Source: Squalus acanthias | Taxonomy: Eukaryota | Length of the DNA stretch: 64,000 bases | Direction of reading: 5' to 3' | NCBI GenBank assembly: GCA_030390025.1 | Contig: JASTWF010000035.1 | Span: 1,860,001 to 1,924,000, forward strand | Shown here: one piece after another, positions 26,164 through 38,759 of the stretch | How positions within the stretch are numbered: the first letter of the stretch is position 1 | How the letters are laid out: every line of letters begins with the position of its first letter | Made by a program: the position numbers and the translations under genes | Notes under the pieces: generated by a model | Databases searched by the model: none | Told to the model about the DNA's origin: nothing | What the model saw: the letters and a program-made list of their open reading frames with translations, nothing else

Positions 26164-27216
26164 CTACTGGATGTCGGACAAGCAGTGTGACAAATCAGAG
26201 ACAGTGGAGGGGTCAAGAGAGGTGGTGGTGAGATAGAGTAGAGTGTCGTCAGCATACATGTGGAACCTGATGTTGTGTTTTCGGATGATGTCGCTGAGGG
26301 GCAGCATGTAGATGTTAAATGGAAGGAGGCCAAGGATAGATCCTTGGGGGCTCCAGAGGTAACAGTGCAGGAGTGGGAAGAGAAGCCATTACAGGTGATC
26401 CTCTGGCTACAATTCGATAGGTAAGAATAGAACCAGTCAAGGACGACGGAGGCCAGGTGCTGGAGGAGGATGGTGCGGTCAAGTATGTCAAAGGCTGCAG
26501 ATAGGTCGAGAAGGATGAGCAGGAATAGTTTACCACGGTCACAGTCATATAGAATGTAATTTGTGACCTTGATAAGGGCTGTTTCAGTACTGTGGTGAGG
26601 ACAGAAACCTGATTGGAGGGATTCAAACAATTCCATGGACATGGAATTGCGGGAAAGATAGGCATGGATTTGGGAAGCAACAACACATTCAAGGACTGGG
26701 GAGGAAAGGAAGTTTGTAGATGGGGCGGTAGTTTGCAAGGACAGAGGGTCAAGGGTGGGTTTTTGAGGAGTGTGGTGATGACAGCAGATTTGAATGGGAG
26801 GGGGACAGTACCTGAGGAGAGAACCATTAACAACATCAGCTAACATGGGGGACCAGGAAGGGAAGTTGGGTGGTCAACAGTTTGGTGGGAATAGAGTTGA
26901 GGGAACAGGAGGTGGGTCTCATGGACAAGATGGGCTCAGCGACAGCACAGCAGGAGATGGGATAGAATCTAGAGAAAGGTGTGAGTTCAGGGCTAGGCCT
27001 GTGGGGAACATTCGGGGAAATTTGGCCTGGTGGGCTAGGAGAAGAAAGGGCAGCGGCAGAGGCAGCTGAACGGATGGTCTCGATCCTTGTGACAAAAAAG
27101 CCCATGAGCTCCTCGCACTTTATTATTGGAGGTGAGGGTGGAGAAGGCACGAGAAGGTGGTTTAAGAAGACGGTTTGTGGTGGAGAAGAGAAGCCGGGGG
27201 TTATCATAGAATCATA

Positions 27217-29656
27217 GGGGGAAAAATTGGTGATCGCCAGCAAAGCAGTTGGTGTCACCGCCAACTGCCGTTAACGGCCGCCCGAAATGACCGCAGCGCT
27301 AACTGACCTAAATTGGTGTGGGGGGCATGGAGGTAGGTGGCGCAGTGCTAACCTTAGGTGCAATGTTGTGCTGGTGGCGTTGCACGAGGGATCCGGGACC
27401 AATGTGTAGTCCTGGTGCGGCGTTGCTGCTTCCCCGAGCGTCTGTGTGTGAGGGTGTGAAGCTCACAATGCATAGTGGGCAGTGAGGAGCTCTGAAATTT
27501 AAAGGGCCATGCACATTGAAGCAAGGGAAAATAAAATGCACTGATTCAATACATTTTTCAGCCCTTTCTGTCTTTTTACAAACATTCAATATTTAAAAGA
27601 AGTTCCAAATGTGATTATTCATCCCTTAAAGCTATATAACTAAGGGAGGTTGGAGTGCAGGTTGTCACGGAGTGCAGCGAGCACAGAGTGAACAACTGGG
27701 AGTTTGGTAAGTGTGGGAGTGAATCTTAAGGGTCATCTCTTTTTGATAAAATCTAGTCTTGTGTGCTTGCAATTAGCATTTAACTTAAATTTACTGTTTA
27801 ATGTTTCTTCAAGGCTTGGGCAGGGCTGAGCAAGCTCTGCACTGGAGTGTGGGTGGGGCTAGTTAGATAATTAACTGGTCTAATCTGGTTCTGCAACTGC
27901 CAGAGAGCTGACCCTTAGATTAAATACTTCAGAATTGACACGTGGTCAGGGACAGGGGATCCAGGAGGTAGTATTGCAGGAGCCTCAGTCCCTGCACTTG
28001 TCCAATAGATTTGAGGTTCTTGCAACCCTTGTGGACAACTGTGGGGACTGCGGGGAGGCTGAGCAAACTGACCACGGCACCGTGGTACAGGAAGCCGTTC
28101 AAGTGGGGGGCGTAAAAAGGAAGGTAGTTGTAGTAGGTGGCAGTATACTTAGGGGGATAGACACTGTTCTCTGCAGCCAGGAGCGTGAGTCCCGAAGGCT
28201 ATGTTGCCAGGGTAAAGGACATCTGCTCCAGGCTGGAGAAGAACTTGGAGTGGGAGGGGGATGATCCAGTTGTCATGGTCCACGTAGGTACCAACGACAT
28301 AGGTAGGACAAAGAAAGAGGTTCTGCTGAGAGAGTATGAGCATCTAGGGACTAAATTAAAAAGCAGAACCACAAAGGTCATAATCTCTGGATTATTACCG
28401 GAGCCACGGGCAAATTGGAATAGGGTCAATAGGATGAGGGAGATGAATACCCGGCTCAAAGATTGATGTGGGAGAAGTGGGTTTCGATGCGTGGGGCACT
28501 GGCACCAGTACTGGGGAAAGAGAGAGCTGTTCCATTGGGACGGACTACATCTGAACCATGCTGGGACCAGAGTTCTTGTGAATCGAATAACTAGGGAGGT
28601 AGATAGGGCTTTAATCAAATAAGTGGGGGAGGGTCCTGGTGGAGAGAAATCTAGAATGCTAAAGAGAAAAGACAAGGAAGCAGTGCAGGAAAGTGATTGG
28701 GGTAAGGGTAACCAGATTGTGTCAGGAAGGGACAGAGCGTACACCAGTAACTGAAAGCAAACATGCAGGTGCAGCAAGCAGTTAGGAAGGCAAATGGCAT
28801 ATTGGCCTTCATTGCAAGAGGATTTGAGTACAGGAGCAAGGATGTCTTACTGCAGTTGTACAGGGCCTTGGTGAGACCACACCTGGAGTACTGTGTGCAG
28901 TTTTGGTCCCCTTACCCTAGAAAGGATATACTTGCCATAGAGGGAGGGCAGCGAAGGTTCACCAGACTGATTCCTGGGATGGCAGGATTGTTGTATGAGG
29001 AGAGATTGGGTCGACTAGGCCTGTATTCACTAGAGTTTAGAAGAATGAGAGGGGATCTCATTGAAACGGATAAAATTCTGACAGGGCTGGACAGACTGGA
29101 TGCAGGGAGGATGTTTCCCCTGGCTGGGTGGTCTAGAACGAGGGGTCACAGTCTCAGGATGTGGGGTAGGACATTTAGGACTGAGATGAGGAGAAATTTC
29201 TTCACTCAGAGGGTGGTGAACCTGTGGAATTCTCTGTCACTGAATATATTTAAGAAGGAGATAGATAGATTTCTAGACACAAAAGGCATCAAGGGGTATG
29301 GGGAGAGAGCGGGAATATGGTATTGAGATAGAGGATCAGCCATGATCATATTGAATGGCGGAGCAGGCTCAAAAGGCCAAATTTCCTACTCCTGCTCCTA
29401 TTTTTCTATGTTTCTATGTTTCTAAACTGAACAAATGGGGAATTTGCCACAGCCCTAACACAAATGGCTCAGCAAGCCAGGGAAGGGTCACCCAGGGTCC
29501 CGCATGCAGTCCTCCAGTTACTGGCAGTGCAAAGTGGCCCACGAATATAGCGGCCGCCGCGATGACTGCCTCCAGCTGGCGCAAGAGCGGCGGCCGCCAT
29601 TTTTCCAAGAATCACTAGCGCTAACAGGTGGCGGTAAGTATATGAATTTCTCACCC
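27217..29656. mobile_element. Harbinger-like TIR element inserted in a CR1 tail, itself carrying a CR1 insertion
   Basis: Ends GGGGGAAAAATT ... AATTTCTCACCC with TSD ATA (27214-27216, 29657-29659). The flanks rejoin as a catagaatcata tail. Confidence 0.75.
27640..29423 (+). mobile_element. Internally deleted CR1 (5'UTR, esterase half of ORF1, RT 3' end, tail)
   Basis: The 5' part matches the G 5'UTR (53680-53955, inverted). Esterase pieces at 27935-28620 jump at about 28741 to VHQ-LK-MQVQQA. Confidence 0.85.
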
Positions 29657-31539
29657 ATAAAAATTTACGGCCATTCAGCCCATTGTGACTGTGCCAGCTG
29701 AAAAAGAGCTATCCAGCCTAACCCCACTTTCTAGCTCTTGGTCCTTAGCCTTGTACATTATGGCACTTCAAAAGCATATCCAAGTACTTTTGAGGGTTTC
29801 TGCCTCTACCACCCTTTCAGGCAGTGAGTTCCAGACCCCCACCAACCTCTGCGTGAAAAAAGTTCTCCTTGACTCTCCTCTAATCCTTCTACCAATTACT
29901 TTAAATCTATGCCCCCTGGTTATTGACTTCTCTGCCAAGGGAAACAGTTCCTTCCTATCCACTCTATCTAGGCCCCTCATAATTTTCTACACCTCAATCA
30001 GCCTCCTCTGTTCTAAAGAAAACAACCCCAGCCTATCCAATCTTTCCTCATAGCTGAAATTCTCCAGTCCGGGCAACATCCTTGTAAATCTCCTCTGTAC
30101 CTTCTCTAGTGCTATCACATCTTTCCTGTAATGTGGTGACCAGAACTGTACACAGTACTCTAGCTGTGGCCTAACTAGTGTTTTATAAAGTTCAAGCATA
30201 ACCTCTCTGCTCTTATATTCTATGTCTCAGCTAATAAAGGAAAGTATCCCGTATATCATCTTAACCACCTTATCTAACTATCCTTCAGGGATTTGTGGAC
30301 ATGCACTCCAAGGTCCTCCTGTTCCTCTACGCTTCTCAGTATCCTACCATTTATTGTATATTCCCTTGCCTCGTTAGCCCTCTCCAAATGCATTACCTCA
30401 CACTTCTCCAGATTTAATTCTATTTGCCACTTCTCTGCCCACCTGACCAGTCCATCGATATTTTCCTGCAATCTACAACTTTCTTCCTCACTATCAACCA
30501 CATGGCCAATTTTTTTATCATCTGCAAACTTCTTAATCATGCCCGCTACATTGGAGTTTATATCATTTATATATACCACAAAAAGCAAGGGACCTAGTAC
30601 TGAGCCCTGCGGAACCCTACTGGAAACAGCCTTCCAGTCACAAAAACACCCATCAACCATTACTTCCTGCCACTGAACCTATTTAGGATTCAACTTGCCA
30701 CTTTCCCTTGGATACCATGGGCTTTTACTTTTAGAATTTTTTCCAATAATTTGCTACCACCAAGGTTAGGCTGACTAGCCTCTAATTACTCGGTCTATCC
30801 CTTTCTCCCTTTTTAAACAACAGTACAACGTCAGCTGGCCTCCTGTCCCCCGGAACCACACCTGTAGCCAGAGAGGAATGGAAAATGATGATCAGAGCAT
30901 CCGCTATTTCTTCCCTTGCTTCTTTTAACAGCCTTGGATACATTTCATCCGGGCCTGGCAATTTATCTACTTTCAAAGATGCTAAACCCCTTAATATTTC
31001 CTCTCTTGCTATGTTTATCTCATCTAATATTTCACACTCCTCCTCCTTAACTACAATGTCTGCATCGTCCCTCTTTTCTGTGAAGACAGATGCAAAGTAT
31101 TCATTAAGAACCATGCCCATGTCTTCCACCTCCACACACAGGTTACATTTTTGGTCTCCAGTAGGCCCTACTCTTTCTTTAGTTATTCTCTTGCTCTTTA
31201 TGTATTTATAAAACATCTTTGGGTTTTCCTTGATTTTACTTGCCAATATTTTTTCAGGCCCTCACTTTGCTTTCCGAATTTCCTTTTTAATTCCACCCCT
31301 GCAATTTCTATACTCCTCTAGGCTTTCTGTAGTTTTTAACTCTCGGTATCTGACATAAGCTTCCCTTTTTTTCCTTATCCTACCCTGTATGCCCCTTGAC
31401 ATCCAGGGGGCTCTAGACTTGGGAGTCCCACCCTTTTTCTTGGTGGGAACATACTTACTCTGAACCCTCACTACCTCCTCCTTGAATGCCTCCCACTGCT
31501 CTGACACTGATTTACCTTACAGTAGCTGTTTCCAGTCCA

Positions 31540-33369
31540 AAAGGAAAATCCCAAGGTGTTTAATAAGTATATTAAGGGCAAGAGGATAACCAGGGAAAGA
31601 GTAGGATCTATTCGGGACCAAAGTGGCAATATGTGTGTAGAGCCGGAATATGTAGATGAGGTTTTAAATGAATATTTTGCATCTGTGTTCACTATGGAGA
31701 AGGACGATGTAGGCATAGAAATCAGACAGGGGGATTGTGATATACTTGAACAAATTAGTATTGAGAGGGAGGAGGTACTAACGGTTTTAGCCGGCTTAAA
31801 AGTGGTTAAATCCCCAGGCCCAGACGAGATGTATCCCAGGCTGCTGTGTGAGGCAAGGGAGGAGATTGCAGGGGCTCTGACACAAATTTTCAGAACCTCT
31901 CTGGCCACAGGGGAGGTGCCAGAGGACTGGAGGACAGCTAACATAGTACCATTATTCAAGAAGGGTAGTAGGGATAAACCAGGGAATTACAGGCGAGTGA
32001 GCCTAACATCAGTGGTAGGGAAATTATTGGAAAAAATTCTGAGGGACAGAATTAGTCTCCACTTGGAGAGGCAAGGATTAATCAAGGATAGTCAGCATGG
32101 CTTTGTCAGGGGGAGATCATGTCTAACCAATTTGATTGAATTTTTCGAGGGGGTGACTAGGCGTGTGGATGAGGGTAGTGCAGTTGATGTAGTCTACATG
32201 GACTTCAATAAGACTTTTGACAAAGCCCCGCATGGGAGACTGGTCAAGAAGGTAAGAGCCCATGGGATCCAGGGCAATTTGGCACATTGGATCCAAAATT
32301 GGCTTAGTGGCAGGAGGCAGAAGGTGATGGTCGAAGGTTGTTATTGTGACTGGAAGCCTGTGTCCAGTGGTTTACCGCAGGGATCGTGCTGGGTCCCTTG
32401 CTGTTTGTAGTGTACATTAATGATTTAGATATGAATGTAGGAGGTATGATCAGTAAATTTGCAGATGACACGAAAATTGGTGGAGTGGTAAATAGCGAGG
32501 AGGACAGCCTCAGGCTGCAGGACAATATAGACGGGTTGGTCAGATGGGCAGAACAGTGGCAAATGGAATTTAACCCTGAGAAGTGTGAGGTGATGCATTT
32601 TGGGAGGACTAACAAGGCAAGGGAATACACAATGAATGGTAGGACCCTAGGAAGGACAGAGGATCAGAGCGACCTTGGTATGCATGTACATAGATCCCTG
32701 AAGGCAGCAGGACAGGTAGATAAGGTGGTTAAAAAGGCATATGGGATACTTGCCTTCATTAGCCGAGGCATAGAATATAAGAGCAGGGAGGTTATGATGG
32801 AGCTGTACAAAACGCTAGTTAGGCCACAGCTGGAATACTGTGTGCAGTTCTGGTCGCCACACTATAGGAAGGATGTGATTGCATTGGAGAGGGTGCAGAG
32901 GAGATTCACCAGGATATTACCTGGGCTGGAGCGCTTCAGCTATGAAGAGTGACTGGACAGGCTGGGGTTGTTTTCCTTAGAGCAGAGAAGGCGGAGGGGG
33001 GAACTGATTGAGATGTACAAAATTATGAGGGGCATAGATAGGGTAGATAGAAAGGAACTTTTCCCCTTAGTCGAGGGGTCAATAACCAGGGGGCATAGTT
33101 TCAAGGTAAGGGGCAGGAGGTTTAGAGGGGATTTGAGGAAAAACATTTTCACCCAGAGGGTGGTTGGAATCTGGAACTCACTGCCTGAAAGGGTAATAGA
33201 GGCAGGAACCCTCACAACATTCAAGAAGCATTTAGATGAGCACTTGAAACGCCATAGCATACAAGGCTACGGACCAAGTGCTGGAAAATGGGATTAGAAT
33301 AGACAGGGCTTGATGGCCGGCGCGGACACGATGGGCCGAAGGGCCTCTTTCTGTGCTGTATAACTCTAT
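31540..33369 (+). mobile_element. CR1 family D 3' half nested in family E
   Basis: ORFs 31556..32410, 32386..32952 and 32968..33297 match 20856..22972. The tail continues between and after the MITEs to about 35040. Confidence 0.92.
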
Positions 33370-34262
33370 GGGGTAAAAATTCACTTGGTTGCGCCTCCCG
33401 TTAGCGCCTTAAGAGGGCGCTAATGGGGCGCAAAGCCGCTAACGCCCGTGCGCAGCGATGTTTGCGCCGCTCGAGAACTTAACTTGAGATTGTGCGGCGG
33501 CGCTAAAACTTACCGCTGCGACCACCTGCGCGCGCAGATTGTGACGTCATTCCATGGTGCAACGCCCTTGTGGCGCCCCGGAGCGGAAATTGAGTGGCGC
33601 CCCCTGCCTTACCGCCTGGCGCATCCAACGACCAGAAGACTGGAACGCTATCAATCGCTGTGGGGCTGGGGGGGGCGCTATTTAAAGGGGGCCTCTTCCT
33701 GTCTTTTATTGTTGGTGGCATTTTTGAACTACGCATTCTGAGAGAGAGAGGGAGAGACTTCTGGAGAGATTCAACGTTGTGGGAAGGAGTTTTGGGTACT
33801 GAGCAGCACTTTGCAGGTTCATTTTGATTTGCCATTCCTTGTATCGATTTAGCAGAGACTGTGGGAGCTGCACTCTGAGCTCTTTGCCTGGTACTCTCCA
33901 TTGTTCTTTCCAGCACATTTGATGTGCAAGTCTCTCCAGGCCGAGATTCAAGGCTGCAATGAACAGGATGTGGATGGAAAGCAAGATTAACCATCCCCTT
34001 TAAGAACTGGCCCGTGCCATTGTGTGTGTGTTTCATTGCTGACTGACATTACATGAGCTTCGCCAGCGCTCTGAGTTAGCGCCTCACTGCTCGGCCTTTG
34101 CGCCTTAAGACAGGTGTGCAGCGCCTGCTTTAGCGCTCCACTCACCTCCCGGGGCGGTAAAAGTGAAGTTTCCTGTCAGTGCCGATAATTAGCGCCAGGC
34201 GCTAATATTTGCGTCCAGACGATATTTGCGCCCCAAATGGGGCGCGACCTAATTTCTACCCC
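33370..34262. mobile_element. GC-rich Harbinger-like MITE (copy A)
   Basis: GGGGTAAAAATT ... AATTTCTACCCC with TSD TAT (33367-33369, 34263-34265). Confidence 0.85.
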
Positions 34263-34273
34263 TATGACTCTAT

Positions 34274-35024
34274 GGGGTAAAAATTGAGTCGCGCCCCATT
34301 TGGGGCGCTAACCTCGCCGGGGCGCGACTTTTAGCGCCCCGAAAAAATTAGCGGCCCCGCGCCGGAACTTCAGTGGTTGCGCCCCAAGAGGGAAGCGTGG
34401 CGCCACTGGAAGCGCCCCGCATCCCTCTTGGGGCGCTGCGAGGGAATATCCTGGCGCTACGTGCCGCAGCGCCGCGGTATTGCAGGCCTTCCTCCCCTTC
34501 TTAAAGGGGAGGGACCCTGCGCAGCGCGAACCGGGGCCCAGCTGGGCCCCCAGGGATCGGGAGTGCCGGCAAAAGAGCCCGGCACTCAAGAGAAGTGCCG
34601 GGCTCTTGGAGCGCAGCCGGCACTTCACGGTGGGGGGGCTTCACGGGGGCCGGGGACAGCAACGGGGGCAGGTGCTGGCAGGCGGCCAGCAACAAAAATG
34701 GCCGCCTGCCACCTCCCCTTTAAATATCGCCGCCCCGGCCGCACGTACGCCTCCCTGAACCCGTCGGACATAGCGTCTGGCGGTAAATCAGGGGGCGCGA
34801 CTGAAGATCGCGGCTGGAGCGCGAGCGGGGTGCTGCACACGGCGATGACGTCATCGCCGGCGGCGCAGCGCCACAGGGCGCTACCGGCTGGCGCCGCCGC
34901 TAACCTCCCGCTGAATTTTTCGGGAGGCGTGGGCGGCGCTGCGCCCGGGCGTTAGCTGCTTTACGCCCCATTAGCGCCCTCTTAAGGCGCTAACGGGAGG
35001 CGCAAGCAGCTGAATTTTTCCCCC
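34274..35024. mobile_element. GC-rich Harbinger-like MITE (copy B, inverted relative to A)
   Basis: GGGGTAAAAATT ... AATTTTTCCCCC with TSD TAT (34271-34273, 35025-35027). Confidence 0.85.
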
Positions 35025-36542
35025 TATGACTATGACTGTGACACTTTCGCTAAATCACATCTCGGCTTAGTAAAATTGGCCTTTCTCCAATTGAGAACTT
35101 TTACTCCTGGTCTATCTTTGTCCTTTTCCATAACTATGCTAAATCTAACTGAATTATGATCACTACCACCAAAATACTCTCCAACTGATACCCCTTCCAT
35201 GTGTCAGCTTCATTCCCTAAAACTAGGTCCAGAACCGCCCCCTCTCTAGTTGGGCTTACTACGTACTGGCTAAAAAAGTTCTCCTGAAAGCATTTTAAGA
35301 ATTCTGCACCCTCTATTCCTTTTAAACTGATTCTATCCCAGTTAATATTAGGATAGTTGAAATCCCCTACTATTACTGCCCTATTGTTTTTGTACTTCTC
35401 AGAAATGTGCCTACATATTTGCTCTTCTCTCTCCCTCTGACTGTTTGGGGGTCTATAGTACTCTCCCAGCAGTGTGATTGCCCCTTTTTTGTTCTTCAGT
35501 TCAACCCATATGGCCTCATTTGATGATCCTTCTAACATATCCTCCCTCCTCACAGCTGTAATTGTTTCTTTAAACAATATTGCGACTCCCCCTCCTTTTT
35601 TATCCCCCTCTCTATCTCGTCTGAAAACCCTGTAACCAGGAATCTTGAGCTGCCATTCCAGCCCTTCTTTCAGCCATGTTTCAGTAATAGCTATGATATA
35701 TTTCCACATGTCTATCTGTGCCCTCAGCTCATCTGCTTTATTCACTAGACTCCTTGCATTGAAGTACATACCATTAAGCACTGCCAAACTCCTTTGTTGT
35801 CTATTTTCTAGCCTTTGTTTCCTCTGCCTTCCAAACTCACTTACTAATTTACTACTTCACTTACTAATCTGCCTTCCTTTCCAGCTTGCATCATCTCCTT
35901 TCTGAATCTACGCTCAGATTCCCATCCCCCTGCCAAGCTAGTTTAAACCCTCCCCAACAGCACTAGCAAACCTCCCCATGAGGATATTGGTCCCGGCCCT
36001 ATTGAGGTGCAACCCGTCCAGCTTGTACAGGTCCCACCTTCCCCAGAACCAGTCCCAATGTCCCAGGAATCTAAAGCCCTGCCTCCTGCACCATCTCTCC
36101 AGCCACGCATTCATCTGCTCTATCCTTCTATCCCTGTACTCACTTGCGCGTGGTACCAGGAGTAATCCAGAGATTACTACCTTTGAGGTCCTATTTATTA
36201 ATCTGTTTCCTAGCTCCCTATAGTCTGCCTGTAGGACCTCATCCCTCTTTCTACTTATGTCGTTGGTACCGATATGGACAACGACCTCTGGCTGTTCACC
36301 CTCCCCCCTCAGGGTGTCCTGCAGCCGCTCAGTGACACCTTGACCCTGGCACCAGGGAGGCAACATACCATCCTGGAGTCATGTCTCCGGCCACAGAAAC
36401 GCCTGTCTGTTCCCCTAACTATTGAATCCCCTATCACTATTGCTTTTCTGACCTTCCTCCTTCCCCCCTGTATAGCTGAGCCACCCATGATGCTGTGGAC
36501 CTGGCTATGGCTGTACTTCCCAGAGGAATCATCGCCCTCTTT

Positions 36543-36944
36543 GGGCTGGATTTTCAATGACCCGTGGAGTCGGGTTTGGAGGCGTGTGGGGGGTTAAAGT
36601 TGCAGATTCGGGGGTCCCGACCCCATCCCGACTCCATTCCGCCTCCACGCAATTTTGACAAAATCGGTCGCGGGGTCTCTCTCTCTCTCTGAGATGCTGC
36701 TCATGTTGCATCCAGGTCCTCTCACAGCAAAGGCCAAGCAATCTCTGAGACCAGGCAGTCTCTGACCTGCAATGATGACATCATCAGAGGCGACTTTCAG
36801 ACTGAAACCACTGATTGGTTCATGGGTTCCCACATGCTGGAACTCAATTGCCCAATTAAGTGAAAATTGCATCAATCTCCCACATCCAATTGCAGGCGGG
36901 TGGATAACACGACCCCAACCCGCCCCAGTATCAAAATCCAGCCC
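36543..36944. mobile_element. 402-bp Harbinger-like MITE
   Basis: TIR GGGCTGGATTTT...AAAATCCAGCCC with TSD TTT. Related to 12654-14507. Confidence 0.85.
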
Positions 36945-37537
36945 TTTATCTTTGCATTACAGGATGATCTTTGAATAGTGAGCAGTTTCAGCAAAGGAGA
37001 GCTAGTGCTTTATGTGGTCCAACCAGATCTGGCGATGAATAGCTAAGCCAGTTGTCCGCCATAGACATTCAAAACTGTATCTTGGACTTAAGGGAGCGGA
37101 GCTGAGAGCCATACCAGGGGCAACGTCTATGATGAGTGAGAGTAATGGTTTTAATGGGGACTAGGGCATCAAAGGTGGAGAAAAGGGTGTGATTTAGCAG
37201 ATTAGTAGCTGCAGAAATATCATGATGAATGGATGGCCAAAGGCTAGACAGTTGGGAATTTGAAAGTGCAGTGGTAGTGACTTGAGGGAGAGTTTTTTTC
37301 AGGGGTGGACACAGAAGGAAGTGAGGTTGGGAGGGGGAAGGTGGATGTGGGTGGAGAGTGATACAAGAAAGTGATCAGAGATTGCCTTATCCGTGATCGT
37401 CACAATGGGAGTAGCGAGGTCATGAGAGCCGGCGAGTTCGAGGGGGTGGGCATGAATATGGGTAGGAGTGTTTATGTGGAGGGAGAGATTTAGGGAAGAA
37501 AAGAGGGTATAAGAGAAGAGATGAGCTGGAGGTTGAA

Positions 37538-37925
37538 TCAAATCTTGTTTTCAAATTCCTCCATGGCCTCGTCCCCTCCCTATCTCTGTAATCTCCTCCA
37601 GCCCCACAACCCCACTAGATATCTGCGCTCCTCTAATTCTGCCCTCTTGAGCATCCCTGATTATAATCACTCAACCTTTGGTGGTTGTGCCTTCAGCTGT
37701 CTCGACCCTACCCTTTGGAACTCCCTCCCTAAACCTCTCGACCTCTCTTTCCTCCTTTAAGACGCTCCATAAAACCTACCTCTTTGACCAAGCTTTTGGT
37801 CATCTGCCCTAATTTCTCCTTCTGTGGCTCGGTGTCAAATTTTTTTGTCTTAAAATACTCCTGTGAAGTGCCTTGGGACATTTTACTATGTTAAAGGAGC
37901 TATATAAATACAAGTTGTCGTTGTT
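37538..37925 (+). mobile_element. L2 3'-end fragment inserted antisense into L2
   Basis: Ends in gctatataaatacaagttgtcgttgttg. TSD GTTGAA (37532-37537, 37926-37931). Confidence 0.85.
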
Positions 37926-38759
37926 GTTGAAATCACCGAGGATGAGAAGTTGCTCGGTGCAGAGGATGAGGGAGGAAATTAGAGAAGATATCTGAGAAAC
38001 TTGGCATGAAAGTTGGGTGGGCGGTACAGAACAAGGATTTTAAATGAGAGGCGTGAGGGGTAGAACAAGGTGAGATGCTCAAAGGAGGATAAGTTACCAG
38101 AGGAATAGAGAGACAGATCAAGGTGTGATTTGGAGATAAGGACTACACACCACCGCAGCGATTTGAGCGGGACAAGTGGTGAAAGGTATAGCCAGGCGGG
38201 GAAGCTTCATTAAAGGAAGGTGTCACCAACCCTCAGCCATGTCTCCATCAAGGCCATGATATCGATGTGATCATCCACAATAAGCTCATGAATGGCAAGG
38301 GCCTTGTTCACAAGTGAACGTATATTCTGGAGGGAGATGCGGAGAGTGACGGTGATAGCCGACCCACTGGCAGAGTCCAATAAGTCAGGGCAGGGAGCAG
38401 TGAATGGGACAAGATTAGCCCCCGGCGAACGTGCTAGGTGGAAGGTCAAGGAGAAAGTAGTGCAGGACAATTGGAGTTGCTGCTTGTTAGGAGGCAGCAA
38501 TGATTGCCTCGGTGGGCCTTTCGGAGGATGCCAAGAGAGGCACAGAGGGAAGCTGTAGGATTATTGAAGACGGAGTCAAGCCTGGGACGGCTGCAGGAGA
38601 GCAGGAATGACGATGAGTGCTGAAGGATTGGGGTTAGTGAGGGTAGAGTACCCGAGGACGGAGAAATGAAAGGAAGCATAATGGTGGGAGGGGTAAAGAG
38701 AAAAGAGGAAAAAGGGAGAGAGAAGGGGAAATAGAAGTGATGTGTTCGGGTCCGGAGAG

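Larger units (their letters stand above)
29657..36540 (-). mobile_element. CR1 LINE (family E), degenerate; pieces 29657-31539 and 35042-36540, tail remnant at 27203-27216
   Basis: RT pieces 29768-31507, APE 35134..35787, esterase 35938..36557. Rejoins across the insert as ccagtcca|ctttcgct. Confidence 0.88.

Noticed and set aside
27308..27589. Harbinger Myb/SANT gene remnants inside MITEs (also 33503-34036)
   Set aside because: Only a vague resemblance over a few residues; not supportable without a profile search.
34308..34955. GC-rich ORFs or a host CpG-island first exon
   Set aside because: Entirely within a TIR/TSD-bounded MITE; the ORFs reflect GC content.
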